Assembly: GCA_038279365.1 (NCBI GenBank)
Contig: JAYODI010000001.1
Coordinates: 64,001-128,000, forward strand
Origin: Candidatus Latescibacterota bacterium
Lineage (GTDB): Bacteria > Latescibacterota > UBA2968
DNA: 64,000 nt
Direction of reading: 5' to 3'
Positions 28,647 through 38,823 of this stretch are shown in pieces (position 1 is the stretch's first letter; every line of letters begins with the position of its first letter). The notes under the pieces were generated by a model. The model was not told the DNA's origin and did not search any database. It saw nothing but the letters and a program-made list of their open reading frames with translations. The translations under genes were made by a program, and so were the position numbers.

Positions 28647-29588
28647 TTGATGCGTGAAACCGTTTCCAAATTTATCAACCCATCGGAGTTGGCGCAAATT
28701 GGCGATTTGCAGTTGCTTGCGCGTACGGTGGTGTCGGGATTGGGGGCAGGCATTCACCGCAGTTTGCACACGGGTTCATCTGCTGAATTTGCCCAATATC
28801 GACCCTATACGCAGGGTGATGATTTGCGCTTTGTCGATTGGCGACTTTATGGGCGCACAGATCGGTTGCACGTCAAGCAGTTTCAAGATGAAAGCAATGT
28901 GCATGCAACTGTATTGCTCGATTGCAGTGCGTCTATGGATTATGGCTCGGGGGCGGTGAGTAAGTTTCGTTATGCCCAAATGTTGGCGGCGTGTTTGGTG
29001 ATGATGATGAGTGATCAACATGATGTGGTTGGGTTTGCGGCGTATCACCACGATTTGGAAACGCATATTCCGGCTCGTCGGCAAGCGGGGCAAATGCACC
29101 GTTTGTTGTTGGCGATTGATGCCTGTGTGCCCGTAGGTGAAAAAACCGATACGGCAAGTATGTTGCAGTTTATGGGGGATGTTTTGCCTCCGCGTGGTGT
29201 GGTGGTGTTGATTGCTGATTTGTTGCATCCCATTGATGAGATGTTGAAGCATTTGCGGTCATTGCGAGCCCAACGCCACGATGTGTTGGTGTTGCAGATC
29301 AGTGATCCTGCCGAGCAAACATTTCCTTTTGATCGGTCTGTTACATTGGTTGATGCCGAAGGTGGGCGCGAGCAATTTGCAGTACCCGATGATGTGCGTG
29401 AAGGGTATTTGGAAAATCGGTCACGACATTTTGATGCCATTCGCGAAGCGTGTTTGGCTTCTGAAATTGATGTTGAAGAGTTTGTGTGTTCTGAACCATT
29501 GGATCGGGCATTGCATCATTTTATGCACCGACGGAATCATGGGTTGTTGACAAGTAGCCGTCGCCAGGGCCGTGGAGGACGGCGATGA
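28647..29588 (+). CDS. DUF58 (vWA-like) MoxR partner
   Basis: GSSAEFAQYRPYTQGDDLRFVDWRLYGR; DCSAS MIDAS-type motif. Confidence 0.92.
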   Translation: MMRETVSKFINPSELAQIGDLQLLARTVVSGLGAGIHRSLHTGSSAEFAQYRPYTQGDDLRFVDWRLYGRTDRLHVKQFQDESNVHATVLLDCSASMDYGSGAVSKFRYAQMLAACLVMMMSDQHDVVGFAAYHHDLETHIPARRQAGQMHRLLLAIDACVPVGEKTDTASMLQFMGDVLPPRGVVVLIADLLHPIDEMLKHLRSLRAQRHDVLVLQISDPAEQTFPFDRSVTLVDAEGGREQFAVPDDVREGYLENRSRHFDAIREACLASEIDVEEFVCSEPLDRALHHFMHRRNHGLLTSSRRQGRGGRR

Positions 29589-31483
29589 GCTTCTTGGTGC
29601 CGTTATTTTTTGCGGGATTGGCCTTGTTGGTTGTGCCGTGGTTTGTTCACCGCATACGCAAGCCAGAACGTGAAACGGTTCGGTTTAGCAGTTTGATGTT
29701 TGTGCCCAATGTTGAGCGCGAAGTGATTGAACGCAGGCGCTTACAACATATTTTATTGATGCTTTTGCGAATGGCACTGTTGGCACTGTTGGCATTGGCA
29801 TTTGCGCGTCCATTTCAAGAGATTGTTTTGGATACCCAGGGGGCAGATGGCGAAACGACACATCATGTTATTTTGTTGGATGCTTCTTTGAGCATGGGGG
29901 CAGATGGGGTCTGGGAAGAGGCCCAACACCAAGCCGTGGCCATTTTGGATGATGTGAAAGCGGGCGATTGGGTGGGCCTGATTCGGTTTGCACAACAAGC
30001 GCGAGTGGATGTGCCGTTAACGGAAGATATAACTTGGATTCGCCAGGCGATAGATGGGGCAACTTGGACTTGGGAAAAAGGCGATGATTTGGTGGGCCTT
30101 CAAGCTTCGGCAGATATGTTGGCAGGTGAACAAAACGTACAGCGCGTGGTGCATTTGATAAGTGATTTTCAGGCAACCGGTTTACCAGAGGTCGAAACCG
30201 GATGGGCTTTGCCTGGGCATATTAAATTGCATCCTGTGGTGATTGGTCAAGGGGATTGGGCCAATGCTTCGGTAGATGCATTGGCATTGCATCCTGTGGG
30301 GCAAAAAACAGTACAGGTGCGCGCTCGGATAAAAAATTGGCAGGGTTTAGAAGCTTTGAAGGTGAATTTGTGGTTGGATGATAAGGTGGTGGATAGCAAA
30401 ACGTTTTCTGTTTCCCCAGGGCATGCTTCGCAGGTGCGCTTTGATGTGCCTGAGGGTGTGTTACAAGGTTTTGTGGAAGTAGGTAACCCGGATGGTCTGC
30501 AGAGTGATAACAGACACTATTTTGTTCATCAGTTGGCACCCAAACATAGGGTGTTGGTTTTACAATCGGGGGCATTGTATCCCTTGATGCAGGCTGTGGT
30601 GCCCGATGATGCTGATTTGCCTTGGCAAATCATAAAAGCTGGGAACTTGGTTTCTGATTTGCGTGATAACCCTGCAGTTGTTGTTGCAGGTGGTGTGGGC
30701 GCCGATGCGTGGCGTGAGCTTAAACGATATGTGGAATCTGGCGGGCGTTTGTTTTTGCCTTTGGCAAAAGAAGCAGATGCGGGTTTGATCAACCAACTTT
30801 TGCAAGGAAGTGGGGTGCACGTTCAAGCATTGGATTTGGAAAAAGAATGGGTGCCACTTGCTTGGGTCGATTTAAAACATCGCATTTTTTATCCGTTTAG
30901 AGGAGCACAATTTAATGACTTTTCTTCGATTCGGTATACGGGGTATCATCGGGTGCTTGTGGAAAAAGGAACGGTCTTGGCTCGATTTGAAGGAGATGAT
31001 GTGATGATGGTTGAGGCACAAATGGGGCAAGGACGGGTGTTGATTTGGTCGGGGGGGGTGGCGTTGAACCGTTCTAATGTGGCACGCTCTGCTCGGTTTG
31101 TGCCTTTGATTCATGAATCGTTGCGTTATCTGTCTGGTGAACAAGTAGATTCGGCATCTTGGATTGTTGGTAATACGTTGATGGGGAAACAGATGGATAA
31201 GCCCGGTGTGCGTCAAGCTGAAGATGGACAATTGGTGGCAGTGAATGTGGCGGTTGAAGAGAGTGACCCACGGCAGGTCACTCCGTCGGAGTTTGAGATT
31301 CGTATGTGTGAAGCACCTGTTTTATATCGTAAGGGTGATGCCGAAGCGACATCGGTTGTGGGAGGCGAGTTGAGTTTGGAAGAATATGGATATTGGTTTT
31401 TATGTATGATGTTTGGTGCGCTCCTTTTGGAGCACGGTTATGCCGCTTGGCTTGAGTTGTATTCCAAACAGGAGCGCATATGA
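29585..31483 (+). CDS. BatA-like double-TM N-terminus + vWA domain protein
   Basis: MSFLVPLFF...FSSLMF...LLMLLRMALLALLALAFARP; DASLS; LISDFQ; C-terminal TM. Confidence 0.85.
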   Translation: MSFLVPLFFAGLALLVVPWFVHRIRKPERETVRFSSLMFVPNVEREVIERRRLQHILLMLLRMALLALLALAFARPFQEIVLDTQGADGETTHHVILLDASLSMGADGVWEEAQHQAVAILDDVKAGDWVGLIRFAQQARVDVPLTEDITWIRQAIDGATWTWEKGDDLVGLQASADMLAGEQNVQRVVHLISDFQATGLPEVETGWALPGHIKLHPVVIGQGDWANASVDALALHPVGQKTVQVRARIKNWQGLEALKVNLWLDDKVVDSKTFSVSPGHASQVRFDVPEGVLQGFVEVGNPDGLQSDNRHYFVHQLAPKHRVLVLQSGALYPLMQAVVPDDADLPWQIIKAGNLVSDLRDNPAVVVAGGVGADAWRELKRYVESGGRLFLPLAKEADAGLINQLLQGSGVHVQALDLEKEWVPLAWVDLKHRIFYPFRGAQFNDFSSIRYTGYHRVLVEKGTVLARFEGDDVMMVEAQMGQGRVLIWSGGVALNRSNVARSARFVPLIHESLRYLSGEQVDSASWIVGNTLMGKQMDKPGVRQAEDGQLVAVNVAVEESDPRQVTPSEFEIRMCEAPVLYRKGDAEATSVVGGELSLEEYGYWFLCMMFGALLLEHGYAAWLELYSKQERI

Positions 31484-34400
31484 TACCTCAATTGCCTTTA
31501 AAATTGGAACACGCGATTCGTGAGGTCACCGCTCAGGTTTATCGCCAACGTTTGTTACAGGGGCGGTTTATTTTTGGGTGTGTGTTGTTGGGGCTTATTG
31601 TGTTGTTGGGGGTGGCGGTAGAGGTATTGGTAGAGTCTTCTGTGCCTTTGGTTGTGGTTTTTGTGGCATTTATATTGGCTGTGTTGGGGAGTGGTTATCA
31701 GTGGTTGTGGGTGCCTCGCCGACGCGGTGACATTCAACGGGTTGATGTGGCCCGTTTTTTAGATGCCCACCATCCAGAGTTAGAAGATTTGGTATTAAGC
31801 AGTGTGGCATTGGGTGAACAGGGTGATTCAAAAGCATCGGAATGGATGGTGTCACAAGTATTGGTCAATGCACGTGAATTGCGTGGCCCAGTTATAAATA
31901 CTTCCATTACGCTTCCCAAGTGGATGCGGGGTCTTCAACGCAAACTGATGGGGTTGTGGGTAATGGGGGGTGGCATCGTGGCCGTGTTGGTATTGCATTG
32001 GGGGGCTATGGGGATTGGTGATCGATTGTTTGTAGGGGCACCAGCATCTTTGCCTGATTTTGCTGTGGAACCAGGAGATGTGCGTGTGCGTGTGGGAGAT
32101 CATCAGTTGGTGTGGGTGACAACAGATCAAAAAAATGCGAGCAAAGCCATTCGCTGGCGTCAGGTGGGTGGACAATGGGAAACCGTGGCTTTGGAACCCG
32201 GTCAAGGCGATGGTGTGTTTGCATACCAACTGCGTCATTTGTTGGTCGATACAGACTATCAGGTTCAAATTGGATCGCTTCGCTCTGCGGTTCATCGCAT
32301 TTCCGTGTGGACACCTCCTGAGGTGGTGGCCATTGATTTGACATATCGTTACCCTGACTATTTAAAAATGCCTGATCGGGTGGTGCCTCATGGAGGCGAT
32401 ATTGTCGTACCAGAAGGCACCGAAGTGCAGATGGACGTGTTGGTCAATAAAGACATCAAAAAGAGTAGCCTGATATTGGAAAGTGGACAAACTGTTGATT
32501 TGTCTCATATAGAAGGTGGGATATGGCGTGCGGAGATGACCGTGCTTGAAGATGACCATTACAAGATTTTGTTATACGATTTGGAAGATGAAACCAATAC
32601 CAAACCTCGAGACTATAAAATAACTGCTCAAGCAGATGACCCACCCGATATTCGCATTCGGTTTCCTCGGGGAGATGACGAAGCAACACCATTGGAAGAA
32701 GTGTCATTTGGATTTGTTGTGAAAGATGATTATGGGGTGTTTGATTATGGGGTGCAATATGAGGTTGCGGGGCGTGAGCCAGTGTGGGTGTCGCTTAAAA
32801 AGAGTGATGGGCGTTTTGAAAAGATTGAAGACGAATTTTTGCTCGCTTTAGAAGATGCGAAGGTTGAACCCGGCGATTTTGTAACTTGGACCGTATGGGC
32901 AGACGATGGCAAACCGGGGCGTGATGGGGTGGAGCGATTGGGTGACCCTTATTTTTTGGAGGTGCGTCCATTTGCACGGTTTTATCGGCAGGCCATTAGC
33001 GATGCTGGGCAACAACAAGGTCAGACGGGTGGGCAACAGCCAGAGACCGATCAGAAACAAGTGATTATTGCCACTTGGAATTTGCGCAAAAGGGCGAAGT
33101 TGTTATTGGCTGAAGAGTTTGAACAAAATCGAATGGCCATTGTAGAAGCACAAAAAACCGTTCAGGCGCAACAATCTATGAACCAAGCCATTGCTGGGGC
33201 ACAAGGAGCCACATTGGTGGCAGATTTAAACCGTGAATTGACAGAGGCACTAACGGCTTTGGGTGAAGCAACATTTGCAGATCCTGATGCGGCCTTGGTG
33301 CGTGCATTGGCACATGAGCAACGGGCATATCGTTTGATGTTGCAACGCAAACCCCAAGAATCGCAAGTGACACAAAACAATCGTCAACGTGGCGGGCAAG
33401 GAGGGGGGCAACGAGATGGACAACAACGTGAGCTGGATGGGCTTGAGTTGGCACAGCGACGCGATTTTAGAGAAGAGGCCTCTACGGTAGAACAGCAATT
33501 GGCAGAGGCGACACAGGCGCGCAATCAGATTGAAGATTTGACTCGAAGACAAGCAGCTATTAATGAAGATATGGCACGTTTGATTTCTGAAATGCAATCT
33601 ATGGAAGAAGCGGAACGCGAAGAGGCCAAACGGCGTTTGGCACAGCTCCAAGAAGCACAACGACGCACGATGGAATCTTTGGATCGGGTGAATGGCGAAA
33701 TGGCAGCGGGCAATATGGATCCGCAACAAGCTCGCCAAGCCCGTGAACAGTTAGAATCAGCCCGCGAGCAAATGAATCGCAGTGCACAAAATTTGGAAAA
33801 AGATGAGTTGCAGCAAGCACGTGCTGCTGGCAACCGGGCATTGGGGGCATTGCGCGATGTGCAAGAACAATTGACGCAGTTGTCGCGACAAGCTGCCAGC
33901 GAACGCATGCAACGTTTGCAGGCCGGCATGGACAGTTTGCGTGCACAACAACAACGCTTGGTTGAGGCGACCCAAAAACAACAAACGCAACCGGATGAGA
34001 CGTTGTCTTTGGACAAGGGAGATGCGGTGGGCGATCTCTTGGCTGAAAAACGTGCGATGGAAGAGGCTTTTAAGACGATGATGGATGAAGCCAGTGATTT
34101 GGCCGAGAAGTCGGATAAAAGCCAAACACTTATGTCGCAAAATTTGGGCGATTGGTTGCGTGAGACAAGTCGTGAAGGCATTTATGAAGAGATGGTGGAA
34201 GGGGAGCGTTTTTTGCAAGAGGGGCTGTGGGCATCTGCTTCTGCACATGAAAAAGGCGTTCAGAGAAAATTAGATGAGGCTGCTGAGCGTTTAAATGCCG
34301 TTTCGGGTGATTTGGTAAGTGATGACTTGGAAGCTCTGGAACGGGCATTGACACGGGTGCGTGGATTGGCCCAAGAAGCACAAGGTACGCCACGGGATGC

Positions 34401-34782
34401 ATCGGGCATGCGAGATTTTGCTGCGGGTGGTTTTCGGGAATGGATGGATGATGTGCGTGAAGCCCAAGCACTGTTGCCCGAAGGAAATGAATCTGGGCTA
34501 CAATTGGGGCGTATTCGCGATGGGCTTGCGGGTATTGGGCGAGACTATCAGCGTGCAGCAAAGGTACCACAATATGATTTGGTTTTTGATGAAGTTATTA
34601 AACCGCTTCAATTGGTGGCTGAAGCATTGGATCGGTCTGTACGTGCCCAACGTGATGCATATGGTTTTTCTGCAGAAAATGTGGATGCAGTGCCCGAAGC
34701 ATACCGCAATCATGTGGCTGAATATTTCAAGGCATTGGCAGAGATGGACGGGACAGGTGAGGGAACGCGAAAAGATGATTGA
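31480..34782 (+). CDS. Large membrane-anchored coiled-coil protein (DUF4175-like)
   Basis: Three N-terminal TMs, beta-rich region (YRYPDY, DDPP, DDYGV), Q/E-rich coiled coil, C-terminal VPEAYRNHVAEYFKALA. Confidence 0.75.
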   Translation: MIPQLPLKLEHAIREVTAQVYRQRLLQGRFIFGCVLLGLIVLLGVAVEVLVESSVPLVVVFVAFILAVLGSGYQWLWVPRRRGDIQRVDVARFLDAHHPELEDLVLSSVALGEQGDSKASEWMVSQVLVNARELRGPVINTSITLPKWMRGLQRKLMGLWVMGGGIVAVLVLHWGAMGIGDRLFVGAPASLPDFAVEPGDVRVRVGDHQLVWVTTDQKNASKAIRWRQVGGQWETVALEPGQGDGVFAYQLRHLLVDTDYQVQIGSLRSAVHRISVWTPPEVVAIDLTYRYPDYLKMPDRVVPHGGDIVVPEGTEVQMDVLVNKDIKKSSLILESGQTVDLSHIEGGIWRAEMTVLEDDHYKILLYDLEDETNTKPRDYKITAQADDPPDIRIRFPRGDDEATPLEEVSFGFVVKDDYGVFDYGVQYEVAGREPVWVSLKKSDGRFEKIEDEFLLALEDAKVEPGDFVTWTVWADDGKPGRDGVERLGDPYFLEVRPFARFYRQAISDAGQQQGQTGGQQPETDQKQVIIATWNLRKRAKLLLAEEFEQNRMAIVEAQKTVQAQQSMNQAIAGAQGATLVADLNRELTEALTALGEATFADPDAALVRALAHEQRAYRLMLQRKPQESQVTQNNRQRGGQGGGQRDGQQRELDGLELAQRRDFREEASTVEQQLAEATQARNQIEDLTRRQAAINEDMARLISEMQSMEEAEREEAKRRLAQLQEAQRRTMESLDRVNGEMAAGNMDPQQARQAREQLESAREQMNRSAQNLEKDELQQARAAGNRALGALRDVQEQLTQLSRQAASERMQRLQAGMDSLRAQQQRLVEATQKQQTQPDETLSLDKGDAVGDLLAEKRAMEEAFKTMMDEASDLAEKSDKSQTLMSQNLGDWLRETSREGIYEEMVEGERFLQEGLWASASAHEKGVQRKLDEAAERLNAVSGDLVSDDLEALERALTRVRGLAQEAQGTPRDASGMRDFAAGGFREWMDDVREAQALLPEGNESGLQLGRIRDGLAGIGRDYQRAAKVPQYDLVFDEVIKPLQLVAEALDRSVRAQRDAYGFSAENVDAVPEAYRNHVAEYFKALAEMDGTGEGTRKDD

Positions 34783-34826
34783 GAGACGGATCGGCAACTA
34801 TGCTTGGTATTTTTTTGAGGGGATAA

Positions 34827-37154
34827 ATGCTTGATCCATTATTGACATGGCTTACGGGAAATCGCACATCTTATCAGTCGATCTGGTTTACTTTTGAGAT
34901 GATGGCCAACCCTGTTGCTGCAGTGTTGCTTTTGCTGACATTTTCTGCTGGGCTACTTTTCTGGCGCAAACGCTCGGGGTGGGGTGTGGCGACTGTGCGC
35001 ACTGGTGTGTTGGCATTGGCCTTGTTTTTAATATTGGGGCCCACATTGGTTATGCAACGGATGTCACCGGGCACACACTTTGTGCCCATTTTATTTGATA
35101 ATTCTCAAAGTATGTTGTTGGATGACGCTTCTGGATTAACGCGTGGTAAACAGTTGAAAGCAGTCTATGCGTCATCTTCTTTTGAAAGGGATTTGAAGCA
35201 AACCCATCAGGTGGTGCCTTTTCAATTTGGCGCGCGACCAGAACGCTTGCGCACATTAGAATCGATGGCGTTTGATCAGCCCGAATCGGATATTGGCGGG
35301 AGTGTGCGCGATGTTATTCGACAAATGCAGGGTGTGTCGGTCTCTGCTGTGGTGCTTTTTTCCGATGGTATACAACAGTCTGCCACCCCATTTTTGTTGG
35401 ATAACTTACCAAAGGAGATACCTGTTTTTGTGGTGGGTGTGGGGCAAGAGGGTGGGTGGAACGATTTGGCGCTAACCTCGTTGTCTGTGACACATACACA
35501 TTTTGATCGGGTGGCCGTGGTGGCTCAGGTGCGGGCAGAAAATTTGGTGGGTGAAGCCGTGGAGGTGGCCGTATTAGACGGCACTCGAAAAATTGCAACC
35601 TCTTCTTTTGATGTGGCAGAAGGTGTCATTGACCATCAGGTGCGATTGGAATTTTCACCCCAAGGAGAAGGTTGGCGGTCTTATCAAATGCGGGTAAAAT
35701 TGCGTGCACATGAAAATTTAGATCGAATTGCTGAAAACAATGTGCGTGATTTTGTGGTGGATAACCGCACGCAAAGTTTTCGGATTTTGTATTTTGCAGG
35801 ACGTCCAAATTGGGAGAATAAATTTGTGCGTCGGGCTTTGGATGACGTGCCCCAACTGGCATTGTCGAGCCTGATTCGCATTTCGGGAGCCGAGCGTAAG
35901 TTTGTGTTTCGGGGGCGTGATGCCACCATGGCCAATCCATTGTTTGAAGGTTTTGATGATCAAGCATTAAATGCGCCTCGATATGATGAGGCCGTTTATG
36001 TGCGTTTGGGTGTTGGGGAATCGGAGTTGGCCACTGGATATCCTGAAGATGCATCGGAGCTGTATCGTTATCATATGGTGATTTTGGGTGAGGTGGAGCG
36101 TAACTTTTTTTCTCAGTCCCATTTGGAATTGACGCGTGACTTTGTATCCAAACGAGGGGGCAGTTTGTTGTTGTTGGGAGGCCCACGGTCATTTGCTGAA
36201 GGCGATTGGGATCAATCGGTTTTGGAGCCAGTATTGCCTGTAGTACTGGGTGCATCGGGCAGTTATCGCAAAGAATTGGTGCAGGCCAAACCCACCATTG
36301 AGGGGTTGCTTTCGGGGGTTTGGGCTTTGGACGCTGACCCCAACGCCAATGCCATGAAGTGGTTAGATTTACCAGCCCTTTTTGGTAACAATGGATTTAC
36401 TCAAACACGTGCTGGTGCCACAGTGTTGGCTCGAACCGATGATAAAAAAGAGGCACCGTTGTTTGTGTGGCATCGTTATGGTGAAGGGGTGAGCGCAGTT
36501 TTGGCCACAGGAGAGACATGGGCGTGGCAAATGATGGCGGATCAGACCGATGTGTCTCATGAAAGATTTTGGCGACAGTTGGCGCGTTTTTTGGTGACCC
36601 GCGTTCCTCAGCCCGTTACCCTGATGGCAGGAGGGGAAGATGTGGTGGTGGGTGAAGAGCGTGTGCTCCAATTTATGGTGCGAGATTCTTTATTTAGAGC
36701 ACGAGAAGGTCTGTCGGTGGATGTTACTTTAAAAACAGACCAAAATAAACAGATTCATTTGCCTGTTATAGAATCATTGGATGAGCCTGGGGTTTATACG
36801 GCATCGTTTGTGGCGGAAGTGCCAGGTTTGCACCAATTGGTGGTGACGGGGCGCGATGCGCATGGGGTTGAGGTTGGAAAAATGGAAACTGCTATTTTGT
36901 CACACCCCGATTTGCGTGAGTATGTCTCACCGCGTTATGATCCTCAGTTTTTAAAAACAATGGCTCAAAAAACAGGTGGTGCATTTATTGCCTTGGATGA
37001 CTTAGATGATTTGGCAGCCCAAATTCCGTGGACCGATCATGAAAATGCGGTATTGGATCGGTTTGCACTGTGGCACTGGCCTCCTTTTTATATGGTGCTT
37101 GTGGTGATGATGGGCGCGGAATGGTATTTGCGTCGTAAGCAGGGGCAACCATGA
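34827..37154 (+). CDS. Membrane protein with vWA and class-I GATase-like domains
   Basis: DNSQS, LFSDG, GRPNWENKFVRRAL, GGSLLLLGG, TWAWQM, C-terminal EWYLRRKQG. Confidence 0.78.
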   Translation: MLDPLLTWLTGNRTSYQSIWFTFEMMANPVAAVLLLLTFSAGLLFWRKRSGWGVATVRTGVLALALFLILGPTLVMQRMSPGTHFVPILFDNSQSMLLDDASGLTRGKQLKAVYASSSFERDLKQTHQVVPFQFGARPERLRTLESMAFDQPESDIGGSVRDVIRQMQGVSVSAVVLFSDGIQQSATPFLLDNLPKEIPVFVVGVGQEGGWNDLALTSLSVTHTHFDRVAVVAQVRAENLVGEAVEVAVLDGTRKIATSSFDVAEGVIDHQVRLEFSPQGEGWRSYQMRVKLRAHENLDRIAENNVRDFVVDNRTQSFRILYFAGRPNWENKFVRRALDDVPQLALSSLIRISGAERKFVFRGRDATMANPLFEGFDDQALNAPRYDEAVYVRLGVGESELATGYPEDASELYRYHMVILGEVERNFFSQSHLELTRDFVSKRGGSLLLLGGPRSFAEGDWDQSVLEPVLPVVLGASGSYRKELVQAKPTIEGLLSGVWALDADPNANAMKWLDLPALFGNNGFTQTRAGATVLARTDDKKEAPLFVWHRYGEGVSAVLATGETWAWQMMADQTDVSHERFWRQLARFLVTRVPQPVTLMAGGEDVVVGEERVLQFMVRDSLFRAREGLSVDVTLKTDQNKQIHLPVIESLDEPGVYTASFVAEVPGLHQLVVTGRDAHGVEVGKMETAILSHPDLREYVSPRYDPQFLKTMAQKTGGAFIALDDLDDLAAQIPWTDHENAVLDRFALWHWPPFYMVLVVMMGAEWYLRRKQGQP

Positions 37155-38203
37155 TGATGTGGAAAATGATGTGCGGCCTTGTGCCTATATTATGCAGGTT
37201 GTCACCTTTGGTTTGGCGGCTTGTTCCAAATGGATTTGGGCTGAGGTGGTGGTGCGCAGGGATGATGATGGGATGTTTTTTGGGGGGGGAGGTTCAGGCC
37301 AAATCATTTCATTTGATTGTCTGTGGCAGTGGGGGAGAGGAAGCGTATGTTGCACAGTTTGAAGATTGGGGGCAGCAGTTACGTCGGGTTTTGGTTGAAC
37401 AATTGGGCCATTTGAATGATCGGGTCTATTTGTTGACGGAGTTGGGCACAGATGCCAATGGCGTGTCTTCTTTGGCAGAAATTAAAAGAATGTGTCAGCA
37501 AATAGGCAAGCGGGTTGATAAAGAAGACGATGTGTTTGTGTATTTAATTGGGCATGGCAGTTATCGGCAAAACATCGCAAAGTTGAATATTGTGGGTGCA
37601 GATCTCACGGCAGATCAGTTACATGAATGGATACAAAAATGGTCGGCTCGACAAGTGGTGGTGATCAATGCGGCATCAACGAGTGCCGCTTTTATGAACG
37701 TATTGAGTGGGCCGGGCCGTATTATTTGTACGAGTACACGCAATGTTGAAGAGCGCAATGCCACACAGTTTATGGCATTTTTCATTCAGGCTCTGGCGGG
37801 GGGAAGTGCCGATCAAAATCGGGATGAGCGGATTTCTGTTTTGGAAGTGTGCCAACAAGCGGGGCTTTTGACCGACGCTTGGTATGCAGAAGAAGGGTAT
37901 TTGGCGACGGAGCATGCATTGTTAGATGATAATGGCGATGGAAAAGGAACACGTTTGACAGATATTGTGCTTCGACAAGGAGATGGAAAAAAAGCAGATC
38001 AATGTTTTTTGTTGGATATTCATTTGCCATTGGGAACATCCAAAGCATTGGGTGACGCTTATTTGGCAGCGATTTCTTCTGTACAAGTGTTAATAGAGAA
38101 AAAAACGGTGTTGGATTCGGTGGCATATGGTATGCAATTGGAGCAGGCATTGCTCAAAGCTGCTCGAATTAATCGTCAAATAAGAGAGAAAAATGATCCG
38201 TAG
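37151..38203 (+). CDS. Caspase/C13-fold-like exported protein
   Basis: LIVCGSGG, YLIGHGS, IICTST; EF-hand-like DQNRDERIS; start uncertain. Confidence 0.6.
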   Translation: MMMWKMMCGLVPILCRLSPLVWRLVPNGFGLRWWCAGMMMGCFLGGEVQAKSFHLIVCGSGGEEAYVAQFEDWGQQLRRVLVEQLGHLNDRVYLLTELGTDANGVSSLAEIKRMCQQIGKRVDKEDDVFVYLIGHGSYRQNIAKLNIVGADLTADQLHEWIQKWSARQVVVINAASTSAAFMNVLSGPGRIICTSTRNVEERNATQFMAFFIQALAGGSADQNRDERISVLEVCQQAGLLTDAWYAEEGYLATEHALLDDNGDGKGTRLTDIVLRQGDGKKADQCFLLDIHLPLGTSKALGDAYLAAISSVQVLIEKKTVLDSVAYGMQLEQALLKAARINRQIREKNDP

Positions 38204-38382
38204 TTGATCACTTTTACTTTTATGCTATGGGCTAAAAATGGGCATAAATTTCCCTAATTGGTGGCATGAAAAATGTTTTTGTATTGTAAGTATTTGTAAA
38301 ATAATAATCTTATGACATTTTGTGTCTTTTGTGGCAAATTAAATGTTTTTTTATAAAACCCCTATTTTTTCTTTAAATCCTG

Positions 38383-38411
38383 TTGACATAGGGGTTTCAA
38401 TCCAGTATTTT
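38383..38411 (+). promoter_or_regulatory. Sigma-70 promoter of the csp pair
   Basis: TTGACA (38383-38388)-17 nt-TATTTT (38406-38411) with AT-rich upstream region. Confidence 0.7.
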
Positions 38412-38424
38412 ATCCTCAATATAG

Positions 38425-38521
38425 ATAGTTGAGCAGTTCTGTTTCCTATGCATGTGATTTAAAAATATGACGAGGCAAGGATCAGAAGTTCAAGTCCTTG
38501 CCGTTTTTGTATTTAAGATAC
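38425..38521 (+). ncRNA. Putative cis-regulatory csp leader RNA (terminator/antiterminator switch), copy 1
   Basis: 93/97 nt identical to copy 2; terminator hairpin 38474-38508; alternative helix 38429-38447 with 38478-38493. Confidence 0.65.
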
Positions 38522-38560
38522 ATTGCATACGTTTTTCAGTAGAAAGGTGGTGAAGTACCA

Positions 38561-38761
38561 GTGGCACAAGGAACCGTAAAGTGGTTTAATGACTCTAAAG
38601 GTTTTGGCTTTATCGAACAAGAAGATGGCGAAGATGTATTTGTACATTTTTCTGCTATCCAAGGTGATGGCTTTAAAACTTTGGCAGAAGGTGATCGTGT
38701 AGAATTTGAAGTTCAACAAGGTCCCAAAGGATTGCAATCTGCAAATGTGGTGAAAATCTAA
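38561..38761 (+). CDS. Cold-shock protein (CspA family)
   Basis: GTVKWFN, KGFGFI (RNP1), VFVHFSAI (RNP2); GTG start behind AAAGGTGGT. Confidence 0.97.
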   Translation: MAQGTVKWFNDSKGFGFIEQEDGEDVFVHFSAIQGDGFKTLAEGDRVEFEVQQGPKGLQSANVVKI

Positions 38762-38823
38762 GATCATCTTTATTAAAAACAGCACCGGATAATTTAATCC
38801 AGTATTTTTTAATATTCAGATCA

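Noticed and set aside
33250-34570. Long antisense ORFs (e.g. 33525-34181; also 10690-11694 and 42970-43734)
   Set aside because: Shadows of well-supported + strand genes with low-complexity translations and no motifs
37276-37289. T6G8 tract as a phase-variation switch
   Set aside because: G8 runs also occur at 13445 and 31051 and are expected from the G-rich strand bias; the frame is intact
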